This document shows positions 17,434 to 26,941 of a DNA stretch of 64,000 bases, in pieces (position 1 is the first letter of the stretch; every line of letters begins with the position of its first letter). A program made the translations under genes and the position numbers. Under the pieces are notes generated by a model that saw only the letters and a list, made by a program, of their open reading frames with translations, was not told where the DNA came from and ran no database searches. Origin of the DNA: Candidatus Omnitrophota bacterium (lineage in GTDB: Bacteria; Omnitrophota; Gorgyraeia; JAFGHF01); contig CP070837.1 in assembly GCA_020341815.1 (NCBI GenBank), positions 1,300,575-1,364,574 on the forward strand, in the 5' to 3' direction.

Positions 17434-18672
17434 TCATTTTATGTCGCTTCCATAGCTATAGAGGGAAAACTGCTTGAATGATGCTTCTTTATTACCCCAT
17501 AGTGCTGTTTTATTCAATGGGTCCCATTTCCAGGTACCGCTTTGATTGCTATATCTCGCCGCAGTTTCAATAACGTTACCACTACTCATTTTACGGATGT
17601 TCGCCATGATCATGGTTCCATTAGAGAGACTCGATATGTTGATTAAATTATCTCTGTTTGGATTTAAAAGAGAGGTTTTGCTATGCTCGGACCATGCGAC
17701 TCCGTCCGACGACTTATAAACAATAGTTCGCCATCCATGAAGAGAATCTCCGGCGCCAGAACCAGTTCCCGTTTGCTCACGATTCACTGCCAAAATGAAA
17801 CTGTCTGCGTCGTGAGTTACAGCAGGATTAGAATCTATTGTGGTGAACCCTGTGCTTGATAGATTAATTGCATTAATGTGTGAAGCCTGGAAAACTGGCA
17901 GGTTAAACGGAGGCATCATTTCCCCCACGGCTGTGACAACCTGGAAGGCCCCTGCCGAAAATTTGCGCCACGCGATTAGAATTTTTCCGTTACTGTGGTA
18001 TGTGACCGAAGGTCGGCCTTCAACGCCTGAGTTAAGTGTACCCTGCTCAAGAACTGGGGAAAAAAGGAAACTCCTTGAATTGTGATCGTAAATCTTTGCG
18101 ACAACTTTCTCGTTTTGTTGAAAAACGACCAATCGAAGGTCGCCACCCAGGTCTACTACGTCTGGCGCTGAATTTGTCTCGCCTGCTGGAAGAGCAGTAC
18201 CTGTAGTGTCCCAAATCGCCGGCCCAAGGCCCCAGACTGTTACTATCGTGTTCGGTTTGTCGAACAGAACCCATTGAAGTAGACCATCAAATCGCTTTGC
18301 TGTTGCACCAACTCCATGTGTGGCATTTAAGGTAGTGCTAACAGGGGAATAAACGTTCGGGAAGTTTCCATTCTCCCACATCAATCCATCCTTTGACCAA
18401 CGTACTTGGATCTTCGCCGTCGACCTGTTAGAGCCTGCTTCCATGAATGAAAAAACAAAATTCTCCTTGGATTCTGCGCTCTTGCCAACTAAGTCTTTTA
18501 TCATCTCTTGTCGTGCGGATTCAATAGTTTGAAGAACTTCCGGTTGAGCTCGTTCCAAAGTCTCAGCCCTTCTCAGAAGTGGATTGTCCTGTGCAACGAC
18601 ATTCTGAAGACTAAGAACTAATCCGATAAGTAATACAAATAGTAACTTCGTTGTAAACATTTGCTTTTTCAT
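17434..18672 (-). CDS. Secreted BNR/Asp-box beta-propeller protein (sialidase-like fold) encoded on an AT-rich island.
   Basis: Signal peptide 'MKKQMFTTKLLFVLLIGLVLSLQNVVAQ' and an Asp-box 'SSDGVAWSE'. Codon usage is visibly AT-richer at third positions than neighbouring genes. Confidence 0.4.
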   Translation of the reverse strand: MKKQMFTTKLLFVLLIGLVLSLQNVVAQDNPLLRRAETLERAQPEVLQTIESARQEMIKDLVGKSAESKENFVFSFMEAGSNRSTAKIQVRWSKDGLMWENGNFPNVYSPVSTTLNATHGVGATAKRFDGLLQWVLFDKPNTIVTVWGLGPAIWDTTGTALPAGETNSAPDVVDLGGDLRLVVFQQNEKVVAKIYDHNSRSFLFSPVLEQGTLNSGVEGRPSVTYHSNGKILIAWRKFSAGAFQVVTAVGEMMPPFNLPVFQASHINAINLSSTGFTTIDSNPAVTHDADSFILAVNREQTGTGSGAGDSLHGWRTIVYKSSDGVAWSEHSKTSLLNPNRDNLINISSLSNGTMIMANIRKMSSGNVIETAARYSNQSGTWKWDPLNKTALWGNKEASFKQFSLYSYGSDIK

Positions 18673-18780
18673 CTGTTCTCTCCTTTCGAATTAAAGATGG
18701 CTTCTCTGACAATCTAACTCTGCTCGTTTCTCACTAACGAATAAGGGAACTCACTTTTAATCTTCTAGTTACAACAGAAT

Positions 18781-19038
18781 CTAACGCCCAAAATGAGCGG
18801 TTTTTGGAGCAGCGAAGCTGCGTATATCTTTGACCGTTTTTTGGGGGAAGAGGTTACTCTGCATAAGGAAGCTCGCACCAGCAACAAGGGTTACTACTGA
18901 AAGAAGCTGAATACTTAACATCTTAACTGACCCGGCATGACCTATAGAGGCCGTGCTCAACGCTCGCATTATCGCTAAAGCGATAATGCCGCTAATTATC
19001 CCGACGAAAACACCAATACTGATTCCAATAAAATTCAA
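18781..19038 (-). CDS. Small two-TM membrane protein (hypothetical), same AT-rich island.
   Basis: Two hydrophobic helices; no recognisable family. Confidence 0.25.
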   Translation of the reverse strand: MNFIGISIGVFVGIISGIIALAIMRALSTASIGHAGSVKMLSIQLLSVVTLVAGASFLMQSNLFPQKTVKDIRSFAAPKTAHFGR

Positions 19039-19301
19039 GATGTTTCCTTTTCTTCTTCTTCCTTATGTTCTTCTTGCCCTAACATTCGAAATCAGGGGCA
19101 CAAGCCGCGCAATGGACCGCATCTGAATCGATGAGTGCCATATCTTCGATGGGTTTTATTTTAATATGTGGAATACATCTTTTCTGGATAGTTTTCAGTA
19201 ACTTTAGTCAATTATTTCATATTTCTCAGGCCTTGTCAAGAAAACCTTGCTTATTTTCTGCCTTTTCTTTATAATGCCACAAGAGGTAGATTCTGTTTAA
19301 A

Positions 19302-19637
19302 ATGAAAGAATATACCCCCTTCCAACGCAAGGTTTTCAAAGCAGTTTCGGCAGTTCCCTTTGGCCGGAGGCGCAGCTACCAGTGGGTGGCCAGGCGAATA
19401 GGCATGGGCCTTGCTTTGAAGAAAAACAAAGACTTATTTATTGTGCCCTGCCATAGGGTTGTAATGGCCGATGGCGCCCTCGGCGGTTATGTTTTGGGTA
19501 AAAAAATGAAGAAAATCCTTTTAGGTTTGGAGGAGAGATTGACGGGGGCAAGGGCCATCTTTCATCGGCCCTTAGAGGAGCTGCTCAAGGTAAAGGGTAT
19601 TGATAGAAAAGCCGCAAAAAATATTCTCAAATATTAG
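19302..19637 (+). pseudogene. Chimeric ORF: a paralog of the methylated-DNA-protein-cysteine methyltransferase DNA-binding domain fused to a uvrC 3' fragment.
   Basis: Residues 1-~80 are ~85% nt-identical to the intact ogt-like gene at 20500 and retain PCHRV, but 'RPHAARAV' is deleted. From 19540 the sequence matches uvrC 16832-16864 and then uvrC ~17165-17230 (…GKGHLSSA…LKVKGIDRK…). The junction falls at an ATTGAC microhomology. Confidence 0.5.
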
Positions 19638-19638
19638 A

Positions 19639-20364
19639 ATGAATGTTAAAGAATTATATCTAAAGAGCAAAGACAACAATCGCCTGGCGATAAACATAAT
19701 TTCCGGGGCTAAGGATAAGGTTATAATTATCTGTCCCGGATTTTTTCAAAGCAAAGATACGCCTACTTTTGGCGCCATTGCCAATTCTTTTGGGGAAGAT
19801 TTTGACATAATAAGCGTAGATATGAGGGGCCATGGACGAAGCGGCGGTCTGTGCACCTTTGGGGTAAAAGAGGAAGAGGACTTAAGCGTAATTATAGATT
19901 ACGCCAGAGAAAGATACAAGCGCATAGGGATGCTTGCCTTTTCTTTAGGCGCATTGGCATGCGTAAATTATGTCTCCGGAAGCGACAGGGTGAACAGTTT
20001 AGTTTTGGTAAGCGCCCCCATGGCCTTTGAGGAAATAGAAAACCAGTTCTGGAAGCCCTCGGCGGTAAAGACCGGCCTGCGCGGCCTGGAAAAGTCAGCG
20101 GGGGCAAGACTCGGCAATCCTTTCCTGGATAAGAAAAAGCCCATTGAGGTAATAGGTAAGGTTTCGCCTACCCCTGTATTGTTTATCCACGGGCAGGCAG
20201 ACCCTATTGTTAGCGTGCGGCACAGCAGGGCGCTGTATAAGGCAGCAGGTGAGCCTAAGAAACTGGTGATATTTGATAAGGGCAGCCATGCCCAGGAGTT
20301 ATTTCAGGATTGTAAAGAGAAGTTTGTAAGTGAAATACAGGCGTGGTTTAAAAAGACGTTATGA
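19639..20364 (+). CDS. Alpha/beta-hydrolase fold protein.
   Basis: A GxSxG-like nucleophile elbow ('AFSLGA') and a C-terminal 'GSHAQ' His. Start taken at ATG 19639, just after the chimeric ORF's stop. Confidence 0.5.
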   Translation: MNVKELYLKSKDNNRLAINIISGAKDKVIIICPGFFQSKDTPTFGAIANSFGEDFDIISVDMRGHGRSGGLCTFGVKEEEDLSVIIDYARERYKRIGMLAFSLGALACVNYVSGSDRVNSLVLVSAPMAFEEIENQFWKPSAVKTGLRGLEKSAGARLGNPFLDKKKPIEVIGKVSPTPVLFIHGQADPIVSVRHSRALYKAAGEPKKLVIFDKGSHAQELFQDCKEKFVSEIQAWFKKTL

Positions 20365-20499
20365 AAAATTATTATTTTTATCCATAACATCCGAAATAAC
20401 CGGCCAAAAAGCGTAGGGGACGGCCGGCTGGCCGCCCGATTTATTATAATTATATATTGTAGGGGCATGGTTTCCGCGCCCGTTAATTTTTTCTATAAA

Positions 20500-20775
20500 A
20501 TGAAAGAATATACCCCCTTCCAACGTAAAGTCTTTAAAGCGGTTTCGACAATCCCCTTTGGCCAGAGGCGCAGTTACCGGTGGGTGGCCAAGAGAATAGG
20601 TCGCCCTCATGCCGCCAGGGCCGTGGGGCTTGCCTTGAAGAAGAATAAAGACCTGTTTGTCGTGCCCTGCCACAGGGTAGTAAGGGCGGATGGCGCAATT
20701 GGGGGTTATGTCCTGGGTGGGGAAATCAAGAAGATGCTTTTGGATTTGGAGAAGAAATTGACTCAAAAGGCTTAG
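20500..20775 (+). CDS. ogt: Methylated-DNA-[protein]-cysteine S-methyltransferase, DNA-binding/active-site domain only (Ogt/Ada-C-like).
   Basis: 'TPFQRKVFKAV...RPHAARAVGLALKKN...VVPCHRVV' carries the PCHR active-site motif. About 90 aa, with no N-terminal domain. Confidence 0.65.
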   Translation: MKEYTPFQRKVFKAVSTIPFGQRRSYRWVAKRIGRPHAARAVGLALKKNKDLFVVPCHRVVRADGAIGGYVLGGEIKKMLLDLEKKLTQKA

Positions 20776-20777
20776 CT

Positions 20778-20786
20778 TGGTATAAT
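20778..20786 (+). promoter_or_regulatory. Extended -10 promoter element (TGgTATAAT) upstream of prfB.
   Basis: TGGTATAAT lies 25 nt upstream of the prfB ATG, and the RBS AGGGAGG is at 20803-20809. Confidence 0.4.
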
Positions 20787-20810
20787 ATTCTACTAACCCT
20801 TAGGGAGGAA

Positions 20811-21912
20811 ATGATGCTGGATGATTTGAAGGCAAGACTTAAAACTATGGCCGAGCGCCTGGAGCAGCTGCGAGGTTATCTTTGACGTAGACAAAAAAGG
20901 GGCGCGGATAAAGGATATCGAAGGCCGGATGTCTCATCCGCAATTCTGGAAGGACAGCAAAAAGGCCCAGGAGCTGATTGGTGAATTAAAGGGCTTAAGG
21001 AATAGCTGTCTGGGCTGGAAAAAGGCCAAGGAGCAGCACGCGGATTTGGAGGAGCTTGCCGAGGTTGTGGAGAGTGAGGATACTTCAAGTCTTGAGTATC
21101 TGGATAGAGACCTTAGGCAATTATCCAGCGATATAGATAAACTTGAGTTTACCACTCTGCTTAGCGGCGAGGAAGATAAAAATAACGCCATCCTGAGCAT
21201 TCACGCCGGGGCCGGAGGAACCGAATCCTGCGACTGGACAGGGATGCTTGCGCGGATGTATCTTCGCTGGACCGAGAGAAAAGGCTTTGTTGCCTCGACA
21301 CTGGACTTTCTGCCGGGTGAGGAAGCGGGCACAAAAAATATCACTATCCTGATAAAAGGCGAATACGCCTATGGCTACCTCAAAGCAGAGAGCGGGGTGC
21401 ACCGCCTGGTACGCATCTCTCCCTTTGATGCCAATAAGCGCCGGCATACCTCATTTGCCTCTGTAGATGTGATTGCCGAGATAAGTGATGAGATTAAAGT
21501 AGAAATAAAACCCGAAGATTTAAAGATAGATACTTTTCGCTCTTCCGGAGCCGGCGGACAGCACGTAAACGTGACTGATTCGGCGGTGCGCATAACTCAC
21601 CTGCCCACGGGCATCATTGTCCAGTGCCAGAACGAGAGATCGCAGTTTAAAAACAAGTCGCAGGCCTTGAAGGTATTGCGCGCCCGGCTTCACGAAAGAG
21701 AAAAGGAAGAGCAGAGGAAAAAGCTGGAGGCCGGTTACGCCGCCAAGCAGGATATTGCCTGGGGCAGCCAGATTCGCTCCTATGTCCTGCACCCTTATAC
21801 TATGGTCAAAGACCACCGCACCAATTACGAGAAGGGAAACGCAAGTGGCGTATTGGACGGCGATATCGATGAGTTTATCGAGGCCTATCTCAAATGGAAG
21901 GTTAAAAAATAA
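20811..21912 (+). CDS. prfB: Peptide chain release factor 2 with a programmed +1 ribosomal frameshift (frame 0 20811-20882; +1 frame 20884-21912).
   Basis: Frame 0 encodes 'MMLDDLKARLKTMAERLEQLRGYL' and then reaches CTT TGA C, the canonical RF2 autoregulatory frameshift site. The +1 frame continues 'DVDKKGARIKDIEGRMSHPQFW...' through the SPF and GGQ motifs. Confidence 0.85.
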
Positions 21913-24789
21913 ATGTTTGGATTTTTGCTGAACAAGATTGTCGGCTCACAAAGCGAGCGCACCTTAAAACGCTTTAAGCCCCTGGTGGATAGAATCAACG
22001 GCCTTGAAGGGACTGTATCTTCCCTTAGCGACGATGAGCTTAAAGGAAAGACCCGGGAGTTTAAAGAGCGTATCGCAAAAAGTGCCGCCGCCTATCAGGA
22101 CGCTTTAGGGGATTTGGAGCGTCAGCTGGGGGAGGTGGCTATCCCTCAGGAGAAGCAGAAAATAAAAGTCAAGATAAGGGACATCAATAACAAAATCTTA
22201 GAAGACGTTTTACCTGAGGCCTTTGCCGTGGTGCGCGAGGCGGCCCGCCGCACTATCGGCCTGCGCCATTACGATGTGCAGCTTATGGGGGCGATGACAC
22301 TGCATTACGGAATGATTGCCGAGATGAGTAACGGCGAGGGAAAGACCCTCGTGGCTACCCTTACCGCCTATCTCAATGCCTTAAGGGGCAGGGGCGTGCA
22401 CGTGGTCACGGTCAATGATTATCTCGCCCGGCGCGACCGCTACTGGATGGGGCCGGTTTATGAGTTTTTGGGTCTTTCCGTCGGTGTCATTCAGAACGAT
22501 ATGGATGATGAAGAAAGGCAAAAGGCCTACAATTGCGACATCACCTACGGCACGAATAATGAATTTGGCTTTGATTATCTGCGCGACAATATGAAGTTTC
22601 GCCGGGAGCAGATGGTTCAGAGAGAGTTTCATTACGCTATCGTCGATGAGGTGGACAGCATCTTAATCGATGAGGCCAGGACGCCTTTGATTATCTCCGG
22701 GCCGGCTGAGGAAGCCACCGATAAATATTATCAGGCCGATAAGATTGCCCGCAAATTAAAAGGGAAAAAGATTACCGATAAGGAAGAGATAGAAGCCAAA
22801 TACAGGGACATAGACTTAACCGCCGGCTTTGATTTTATCATCAAGGAAAAGGAGCATCTGGTTTATCTTACCGAGGAGGGTGAGAAAAAGGCAGCCGGGA
22901 TGTGGGGCGTGGATAACCTTAATACAATCGAGACAATGCCCCTTAAGCACCTCACCCAGCAGGCCCTGCGCGCCCACAGCGTCCTTTTCCAGCGCGATGT
23001 AAATTACATAGTCAAGGAAGGCCAGGTGATTATCGTCGATGAGTTTACCGGGCGCCTGATGCCCGGCAGGCGCTGGAGCGACGGGCTGCATCAGGCCGTT
23101 GAGGCCAAAGAGGGGGCAAAGATCGAAAGAGAAAATCAGACCTTAGCCACGGTTACTTTTCAGAACTATTTTCGTATGTATGAGAAACTCGCCGGAATGA
23201 CCGGAACGGGTTCCACCGAAGCCGCGGAGTTCGGCCACATCTATAGCCTGGATATAGTTACTATTCCCAATAACAGACCGCCGGTTCGCCAGGATTTGGC
23301 CGATGTTATCTATAAAACAGAAAAGGAAAAGTTCCGCTCAGTCGTGGAAGAGGTGGTCGAAAGCCGCAAAAAGGGGCGTCCGGTTCTGGTGGGCACTATC
23401 TCCATCGAGAAATCCGAACATTTAAGCGACCTCCTGAAGCAGCGCGGCATACCTCACAATGTCTTAAACGCCAAGTATCATGAAATGGAGGCGCACATCG
23501 TGGCCCAGGCCGGGCGCATAAATGCGGTTACTATCGCCACCAATATGGCCGGACGAGGCACCGATATCCGCTTGGGCGGAAATGCGGAGTTTATGGCCGA
23601 TGACATCTTGCGCCAGAAAAAGATCGGGCCGCATGATGCAGGTTATCACGAGGAGCGAAAAGGGCTTCTTGATGTTCTTATCCCTAAGGTTTCGGCGGAA
23701 CGCGAGAAGGTTTTGGAGTTAGGCGGGCTTTATGTCCTGGGCACAGAGCGCCATGAGTCGCGGCGGATAGATAATCAGCTGCGCGGGCGTTCCGGGCGCC
23801 AGGGTGTGGCCGGCGCCTCGCGATTTTATCTTTCGCTGGAGGATGATTTGATGCGTATCTTTGCCTCGGAGAGGATTTCCCGGGTTATGGATTTCTTCAA
23901 GTGGGAAGAGTCCGTGCCTATAGAGCATGCCTTGATTACCAGAAGCATCGAGACCGCCCAGAAAAGGGTAGAGGGACACAATTTCGAAATCAGAAAACAG
24001 CTTTTGCAGTATGACAATGTGATGAACCGCCAGAGAGAGGTGATTTATGATGAAAGGCGCCGCGTCCTGGAAAGCGCAAGGCTCAAAGAGCATATCTTTG
24101 AGATGATAGATGAAATGCTGGAGGCCATTTTCGGCCTTTATGCCAATGAAGGTATTCCTGCCGAGGAATGGAATCTGGTGGGACTGAAGAATCACATCAG
24201 GTCGAAGTTTTTCCTGGAGATGGAAGATTTTCCGGCGGGAAGACCCATTGGCCAGATGCGTCAGGATGTTCGGGACAAAATTTATGCCGCCTACGAACAG
24301 AAAGAGCTCGCTTTCGGCAGAGAGAAGTTGGAGCACATAGCCCACATTATTCTTCTTCAGGTGATTGACGCAAAATGGAAGGACCATTTATACAACATGG
24401 ATTTCCTGCGCGAAGGAATCGGCCTGCGCGGCTACGGGGGGCACGACCCTCTGGTGGAATATCAGCGCGAAGGATATGATATGTTTAGCCGGATGGTCGA
24501 GAGCATTAAAGATGAGGCCCTTGAGTTTATCTTTAAGGCCCGCCCGGTAAAAGAAGAGAGGGTCTCCGGTGTCTTTGCGCAGATTCCCCAGCAGTTTTTG
24601 CATCCGGAAAGCGCAAAAGTCAAGGATCTGCCTTCGCAAAAGGAAAAGCCTCTTCCGGAAGCTCCGCCCCGGCCCGCAACTGAGGCACCGCGTCCTTTTA
24701 AGAGAGAAAAAGATAAAATCGGCCGTAATCAACCCTGTCCCTGCGGCAGCGGTAAGAAGTATAAAAAGTGCTGTGGCAGGGACAGTTAA
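21913..24789 (+). CDS. secA: Preprotein translocase ATPase SecA.
   Basis: DEAD-motor motifs and a C-terminal zinc finger 'CPCGSGKKYKKCCG'; the start abuts the prfB stop. Confidence 0.9.
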   Translation: MFGFLLNKIVGSQSERTLKRFKPLVDRINGLEGTVSSLSDDELKGKTREFKERIAKSAAAYQDALGDLERQLGEVAIPQEKQKIKVKIRDINNKILEDVLPEAFAVVREAARRTIGLRHYDVQLMGAMTLHYGMIAEMSNGEGKTLVATLTAYLNALRGRGVHVVTVNDYLARRDRYWMGPVYEFLGLSVGVIQNDMDDEERQKAYNCDITYGTNNEFGFDYLRDNMKFRREQMVQREFHYAIVDEVDSILIDEARTPLIISGPAEEATDKYYQADKIARKLKGKKITDKEEIEAKYRDIDLTAGFDFIIKEKEHLVYLTEEGEKKAAGMWGVDNLNTIETMPLKHLTQQALRAHSVLFQRDVNYIVKEGQVIIVDEFTGRLMPGRRWSDGLHQAVEAKEGAKIERENQTLATVTFQNYFRMYEKLAGMTGTGSTEAAEFGHIYSLDIVTIPNNRPPVRQDLADVIYKTEKEKFRSVVEEVVESRKKGRPVLVGTISIEKSEHLSDLLKQRGIPHNVLNAKYHEMEAHIVAQAGRINAVTIATNMAGRGTDIRLGGNAEFMADDILRQKKIGPHDAGYHEERKGLLDVLIPKVSAEREKVLELGGLYVLGTERHESRRIDNQLRGRSGRQGVAGASRFYLSLEDDLMRIFASERISRVMDFFKWEESVPIEHALITRSIETAQKRVEGHNFEIRKQLLQYDNVMNRQREVIYDERRRVLESARLKEHIFEMIDEMLEAIFGLYANEGIPAEEWNLVGLKNHIRSKFFLEMEDFPAGRPIGQMRQDVRDKIYAAYEQKELAFGREKLEHIAHIILLQVIDAKWKDHLYNMDFLREGIGLRGYGGHDPLVEYQREGYDMFSRMVESIKDEALEFIFKARPVKEERVSGVFAQIPQQFLHPESAKVKDLPSQKEKPLPEAPPRPATEAPRPFKREKDKIGRNQPCPCGSGKKYKKCCGRDS

Positions 24790-24804
24790 TAAATAAAACC
24801 TTGT

Positions 24805-26295
24805 ATGCGAAGATTTTTAAGAGATATCTTTTTATGTATCTTTTCTGCTATTTTATTGATTCTTTCCTTTCCCAAACCCAACCTCTCGATTCTGGCCTGG
24901 GTTACTCTAGTGCCCTGGTTTTTTGCGCTGGATGAAAGAAGGCCGAAATCTGCTTTTTTCTTTTCTTATCTGACGGGTGTTATTTTCTTTTCGGGAGTTC
25001 TTTACTGGTTAACTCATGTCAGCACTCTGGGCTTTAGCATATTGGCGCTTTTTCTGGCGCTATTTTTTGCGGCCTTCGGGGTGCTTTTTTCTATTTGCAT
25101 GCGCCGCGGGCTTTGCGCTTTGCTGCTTTTGCCTTGCTTCTGGGTTTTCCTGGAATATATTCGCAATCATTTATTCACCGGCTTCGGCTGGGCGCTTCTG
25201 GGCCATTCTCAATATCAGAACTTGGCCTTTATTCAGATAAGCGATATTACCGCTGTTTACGGAGTCTCGTTTTTGATTGTCCTGGTGAATGCGGGGCTTT
25301 GGCAAATCCTTAAAAGGAATATTTTTCTTCCTGCAATTTGCATTTTTTCCTCTCTGGCCTTGACATTAAGTTACGGTTATATTAAATTACATTATCCTCC
25401 GCAAAAAGGAGAGGATATCAAAGTAGCGACAATACAGGGCAATATTCCCCAGATAGTAAAATGGGACCCGGACGCCCGGGGGTATATCCTGGAGAAATAT
25501 CTACGTTTGACTGAAATAGCTTCCGGGGAGCGCCCGGATATAATCATCTGGCCGGAGACCTCTGTGCCGGGATACCTGCAGAATGACCCGGCCCTGTTGC
25601 AAGAGATTTCCTCTTTATCCAAAAGGATTTATCCGGCCTATCTTTTGGTGGGTACGCCTCACGAAGGGGAAAGAGGAAAAATCTATAACAGCGCAACTCT
25701 GTTTTTTCAGGGCGGGATTATGCGGCGTTACGATAAGGTGCATCTTGTTCCTTTCGGAGAATTTATCCCGCTGCCTGCGATTTTTTCCCGTTTTTCATTT
25801 GCCGGGCTGATTGGGAATTTTACGCCGGCTGAAGATTATACGATATTCTGTTTTTCTAAGGAAAAGCAAAGGATACGCCTAGCCGCCCTGATTTGCTTTG
25901 AGGATGTTTTTCCTCATCTGGCCAGGCGCTTTACCAGAAGAGGCGCAGACCTTTTAGTAAATATGACAAATGACGCCTGGTTTAAGGATTCCTCCGAGCC
26001 CGAACAGCATCTTCAGGCCTCGGTGTTTCGGGCGGTGGAAAACAGGGTAAACCTGGTGCGCAGCGCCAATACAGGTGTCTCTTGTTTTATCAATCCCTGG
26101 GGTAAAGTATTAAGCAGGGTTCGTGATGCTTCCGGGCAAGATGTATTGGTTGAAGGGCAAAAGACAGAGAGTTTAAAAATTGTTTCTATGTACAGCTTTT
26201 ACCGCGCCTTTGGCGATGTCTTTGCCTGGGGTTGCTCTCTGGTTACTTTAGGCGCTTTAACTATTGCCCTGCGCAGAAAAAGGAAACCGTTATGA
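24805..26295 (+). CDS. lnt: Apolipoprotein N-acyltransferase.
   Basis: A multi-TM N-terminus followed by a CN-hydrolase domain ('KVATIQGNIPQ...'). Confidence 0.75.
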   Translation: MRRFLRDIFLCIFSAILLILSFPKPNLSILAWVTLVPWFFALDERRPKSAFFFSYLTGVIFFSGVLYWLTHVSTLGFSILALFLALFFAAFGVLFSICMRRGLCALLLLPCFWVFLEYIRNHLFTGFGWALLGHSQYQNLAFIQISDITAVYGVSFLIVLVNAGLWQILKRNIFLPAICIFSSLALTLSYGYIKLHYPPQKGEDIKVATIQGNIPQIVKWDPDARGYILEKYLRLTEIASGERPDIIIWPETSVPGYLQNDPALLQEISSLSKRIYPAYLLVGTPHEGERGKIYNSATLFFQGGIMRRYDKVHLVPFGEFIPLPAIFSRFSFAGLIGNFTPAEDYTIFCFSKEKQRIRLAALICFEDVFPHLARRFTRRGADLLVNMTNDAWFKDSSEPEQHLQASVFRAVENRVNLVRSANTGVSCFINPWGKVLSRVRDASGQDVLVEGQKTESLKIVSMYSFYRAFGDVFAWGCSLVTLGALTIALRRKRKPL

Positions 26296-26885
26296 CCTTT
26301 TATTGTTTGAGCAAATTTCTGTTCGGATTATTTGCCAAGATATTCTTACGCCTGAAAGTCGAAGGCGAGGAAAACTTGCCTGAGGAGGGAGGGTTTATAC
26401 TTGCCGCCAATCATGCAAGCAGCCTGGACCCCTTTATAGTTACAGCGGCAATTCCCCGCTATATCCGCTGGATGGTTGTTTATGAATATTATGACAAGTG
26501 GTATTTAAGACGTATCCTGAGGCGGATGCGCTTTATCCGCATAGAGAACAATTTGCCCAAAGAGGTCTTTCGCGCCCTTAAAAGCGGTGATATAGTGGGT
26601 TTTTTCCCTGAGGGAAGGCGCAGCTGGGACGGGCGCCTGGGCCAGGCCCGCTCGGGGGTGGCGGCTTTGGCCAGGGCAAGCTCCTGCCCCGTAATTCCCG
26701 TAGCAATCCGGGGGACGTTTGCGGCTTTGCCGCGAACGAGGAAATTCCTTAAGTTTTCTCCGGTTACCGTGCGTATCGGCGCGCCTTTAACCTTTGCCAA
26801 GGTCGCAAATAGAAAAGACAGGCAGAGGCGGGATGAGGAAAATACGGGCAAAATTATGGATGCCATTGCCAAATTGTTATATTGA
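26292..26885 (+). CDS. 1-acyl-sn-glycerol-3-phosphate acyltransferase family (PlsC-like) lysophospholipid acyltransferase.
   Basis: HX4D motif 'NHASSLD' and an 'FPEGRRS' block; the ATG overlaps the lnt stop (ATGA). Confidence 0.6.
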   Translation: MTFYCLSKFLFGLFAKIFLRLKVEGEENLPEEGGFILAANHASSLDPFIVTAAIPRYIRWMVVYEYYDKWYLRRILRRMRFIRIENNLPKEVFRALKSGDIVGFFPEGRRSWDGRLGQARSGVAALARASSCPVIPVAIRGTFAALPRTRKFLKFSPVTVRIGAPLTFAKVANRKDRQRRDEENTGKIMDAIAKLLY

Positions 26886-26941
26886 CAACCCTGATACCTT
26901 AGGATATAATAAGCTGGCTTATTAGTATATAAGGTAAAAAT

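Noticed and set aside
23719-24387. A 222-aa ORF antisense to secA, and many other 60-165-aa antisense or nested ORFs in the track (for example 10722-11321, 12464-12844, 40604-40918, 58208-58669, 60363-60860).
   Set aside because: They lie entirely inside well-supported genes on the opposite strand, have no RBS or family similarity and show biased composition typical of antisense frames in GC-moderate genomes.
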